Shown: in pieces, positions 60,072 to 64,000 of the stretch
How the letters are laid out: the number at the start of each line of letters is the position of its first letter
Numbering within the stretch: position 1 is the stretch's first letter
Source: the human T2T-CHM13v2.0 reference genome, Homo sapiens
Reading direction: 5' to 3' (one strand)
Assembly: GCF_009914755.1 (NCBI RefSeq)
Contig: NC_060935.1
Length of the DNA: 64,000 nucleotides
The notes under the pieces: generated by a model
Seen by the model: the letters and a program-made list of their open reading frames with translations, nothing else
What the model was told of the DNA's origin: nothing
Database searches by the model: none
Program-made: the position numbers and the translations under genes

Positions 60072-63000
60072 GCAGCTGATTGAGAGTTTATTAGGTATTG
60101 TCTCTTTTAATTATCTGAAGAGCCTAGGAGGTAAGAATGAGTATTATTCCCATATGGCCAATAATGCACTGGAGCACAAAAAGAATGAATTATTTGTCCT
60201 GGGACTTATATAGTATGAAGTTGAGCCCAGCAGGGCTGACTCATGATCCAGTCTTTGACTAGCCCTTTCGAACCAGCACGACTCTGTGTCGATTATACAT
60301 GTTAGAGGGAGTAAAGCAACAGAGTGATTCTCAAGTGAAATCCAAGTTGGCAGTCAAAATTGTGGGCTGAAAGAAAAAACTAACCTAAACAAACTCCAGA
60401 TAGAGAATGAGAAGCTAATCAAATAGGGAACAATATAGAGGAGAGTGAAAACCATTTAGGAACAAATTCAGGAGTTCCTTTTTGCCTACCTGAGGCCACC
60501 TTTGCTCTGGAATCCCAAGAATGCACATGGGCAGGAGGCTTCCATGTGGAAAGAAGATTCACCCTCTGGTGGGAGTACAGAGAAACATCAAGAATTAATG
60601 TATCCATCCTGACCTTTAGTAGAAAGACAAGCTGCCATATCCATGATTGGCCCGAAAAGGCAATGGGAGGAAAAGGAGAACATCTGTTATCCACATTCAG
60701 GGCACTAAACACTTTGTCCATCTATATTTAGGGTATGATATATTTATCTTCCTCATGAAACCTGAAGCTCCATAAGCTGTCTTTTTCACTGTAGTATCAT
60801 CAACATTTAGCATGTCTTTCTTAAAGACCATCTATGGTATTATCCTCATATGACATAAGATGAAGCCGAGGCCTATAGAATTAAAGGGTTTTCCTGAGAT
60901 CATAACATGGAAAGCAGGTCCAATACCAGTCCCTGGTCCCTGGAGCCCTGTTTGAGACTTCTGAACTGTTCTCTGTCCCATCATTTATTATTTCTGAGGA
61001 GTTCTTGAAAAATCTTGATGTGAGCACAGAATCAGAGACAGTGCGGGGCTGAAGAGACTGCTAGGTTGCCCCAATAATCATTTTCCTCTTTGGTCACATA
61101 ACAGTTCTGAGAGTGTAAAAGCAGCACAAGGACCCACATCCCAGTGTTCCTTGATGATGGTGCCATCATATGAGCAGGAGCTCTTCAATGTAAGATGCAC
61201 AAAAGTGATCCCTGGCTCATGGGATCAATAGAACAAGCAAGGCCTCTCCTTCCTTTCATCCTTTTCCATGATGCTGGAATGCCGATGTGGCTGGGAATCA
61301 TGCAGGATCACAAAAATGAGGGCAACTCTCTAGGCACTGGGGAGTTTCAATTTTGGAATTCTGATTTATGATGCCTTGGAGCTTCCAGCTGGGATCTAGA
61401 AGATGGTCATCTCTGGGTATTCATTGGGGCTTGCTTCCGCAACCTCAGCACACACCAAAATATGCAGATGCTCATTTCTTTATACAAAACGATGTGATAT
61501 TTGTATACAACCTATGCACTTTCTCCTAGATACATTAAATAATTTCTAAGTTACTTAGAATAACTGACAAAATGTAATTGCTATGTAAATTCTTTTTTTT
61601 ACTCTATCAATTCAGAAGTAATGACAAGAAAAAACAAGTTTATACCTGCTCAGTATATACACAACTCCGCCATACTCTTATTTTTAAAATAGTTTCCACC
61701 GTGGTTTGTTGAATCTGCAGATTCAGAATGTAGTGACCCAGAGGCACAACTGTACTTTCTTGTTAAGATATTTCTACTTCGTGTCTTTATGAGAGCAACC
61801 AAACTTATATTCTAAACAAAAGAAATATGTCCTCTCTTTAAAAAATTACATTTAATTTTCTACGCATTTTTGATGAACGCAAACATGTCTGCATAGAAGT
61901 GACAGTAGAGAAGGACATGCCAAACATTAGTCTGATAGAGTTGAAATGAGACCAGAATCAATCACCTTTAGACAGAAAAAACCACAGGAAGTAGGAGGAT
62001 ATAAGAAGGTGTGAGGGATAGTCTTAGTTGCCAGGAGGATTTGCTTTCCATTCTTCTCTATCCTGTTGACATTCCAAGAGAGTGGCTTCTATGTACCACA
62101 TCAGTGGGATTCTTTTAAATTCTTGTTTCTGGTGGAATTGAGATACTGGGAGACACCAGGGGGAGACTGGAAGACAGCAGGAGAGCCACTTGGGATTTCC
62201 ACCTCCTGGCTCTCTGCCAGTGTATTAGTTCATTCTTGAATTGCTACAAAGAAATACCTGAGACTGGGAAATTTATGAAGAAAACAGGTTTAATTGGTTC
62301 ATGGCTCTGCAGGCTATACAGGGAGCATAGCAGCTTCTGCTTCTAAGGAGGCCTCAGGAGGCTTCCATTCATGGTGAAAGGCCAAGGGGGAGAGAGGCAT
62401 CTCACATGGTGAAAGCAGGAGCAAGAGAGAGAGGGAGGAGGTGCTACACACTTTTAAACAACTAGATATCATGAGAACTCATCAGTGTCACAACAACAAT
62501 ACCAAAGGGGGATGGTGTTAAAACATTCATATGAAAACATCCCCGTGATCTAACAATCATCTCCCACCAGGCCCTCCTTCCAACATCGGGAATTACAATC
62601 AACATGAGATTTGGGTGGAGACACAGATCCAAAGCATATCAGCCTGTGTGGCTGTGTGTTGGCCATACAGGGCTTCTCCACCTGCCCGCTCTTGTTCTCC
62701 CACCCCTATGGATACAGCTATGGCTATGGCTATGGTGACAATAATAACTGCTCCTTCCCTGTCCCTTTCAGTCTAGGGGAGGACTTAGTGCTCCCCTAGG
62801 TATTGCTGCTTAGGGTGCTGACCCATGCATTTTCTCTTTCCTTAACCCTGCATGTCTTTGTAAATACTTCCCTCATGAAACACTCCTCAATCATTTCAGT
62901 TTGGACCATCCATGTCTTCCTTGAAACTTTCCAGATAGGCAAGGAAGAAAAATTTTGAAAAGTAAGTAAAACAGCAAAACTGGCTTCTACAGCAGTTCAG

Positions 63001-63642
63001 CTCTAGGAAGCAAGGCCTGCATGTCCCCTTGCTCATTAAATGAATGTTAGAGGTAGCATTCTCTCCATGAGGGCAGATTGAATGATTGGAATAAAGGAAG
63101 TGATATGGGGAGATAAATCAGAAGCGGGGACCCTATTTGGAACTCACACAGACTGGGCTGGTAGCAATCGGTTTCCAGAAGGAAGCTCCATGTCTCCTGT
63201 CTTTTCATGAAACAAGATCATGATCCCCTGCATGTAGCACGGAGGTGGAAACACAGGAAAGTGATCTTGTAGCTAAAACCATAACTGACTATAAAAGAAG
63301 ACAGTTCTTGGTACTTACCCTTGTCTTTCCTTTTTCTTTTGTCCAGAGGTGAAGATCTCCCTTGTGGTAAAGGTGGAGGGCCTTTCTGGGATTCAGTAAC
63401 TTCAGAGGACCCTTTTGTGTTTCTTAATTCAGGGGATGCCTACGGGAGCTAGAGTGAACACTGGTTAGCAACTCAGGCTTATGAAGATGCTGGACAGACT
63501 TGTTATTTCCTGCATGAGGACTGTGGACAAATCAGAGGCCAGAGAAGTTCGAGACACAAATCCCAACTGAGATGATTCTTGGCCTCTGTCCCATATCCAG
63601 TACATATAAGCCTCTCTCATCACGTCCCATGTTGTTCACCTT
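60072..63642 (+). repeat. Partial duplication unit 4 (intron, exon 1 and promoter of pseudogene 2)
   Basis: Colinear with 1-3600. Homology stops at ~63642. Confidence 0.85.
62221..62641 (-). mobile_element. MST-like solo LTR, unit 4
   Basis: Paralogous copy with the same flanks. Confidence 0.85.
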
Positions 63643-64000
63643 CCTGTAAGTAATTGCTGTCCTGATTTTAAAAATCAATTATGGGCCTAGGTATCACATC
63701 AAGTAATGTGAACTATCATTATGAGGCTTTATAAATAATGAAAAAAGTGGATCATAGGATCATTCAAGGCTGACAATGTCCTGACACCATTTTTTTTGGT
63801 GTTTTCTTTATTATAGTGGTAATATATTCATGTGTATACTTTCTTTCCAAATGCTAGAGAAGTGTATGCAAAGTGAAAGTCTAGAATCCCATTGTCTAGA
63901 GGCTACCACTTGCTACACTGTTCATTTTTACTTCTTTTATCAACTCTGAACAGCTAACTTTTTTTAAGTTCTGTGAAATCAAATCATTTATTATTATTTG

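Overview
Primate (almost certainly human, chr11p15.1) genomic DNA from the MRGPRX gene cluster. The window is a tandem array of segmental-duplication units, all on the minus strand. It holds one intact MRGPRX1 gene: CDS 19966-20934, with an inferred non-coding exon 1 at about 25430-25564. It also holds two MRGPRX pseudogenes (42200-43165, 57888-58854) and, at the left edge, the intron, exon 1 and promoter of a further MRGPRX1-type copy. Bases 1-8289 appear identical to 22151-30439, which points to a very recent 22,150-bp MRGPRX1 duplication with its junction inside a full-length L1PA7/8-like element. Each unit carries MER2 and an MST solo LTR. The first three units also carry Tigger1, an Alu pair and old L1 fragments. 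A full-length L1 is present in two units and absent (empty site) in a third. I found no evidence of a novel coding system. The interesting signals are structural and regulatory: a chimeric L1 at a CNV junction, conversion mosaics, a monomeric Alu insertion, an MRGPRX1-specific uORF and intact transcription signals on the pseudogenes. All comparisons were made by eye.
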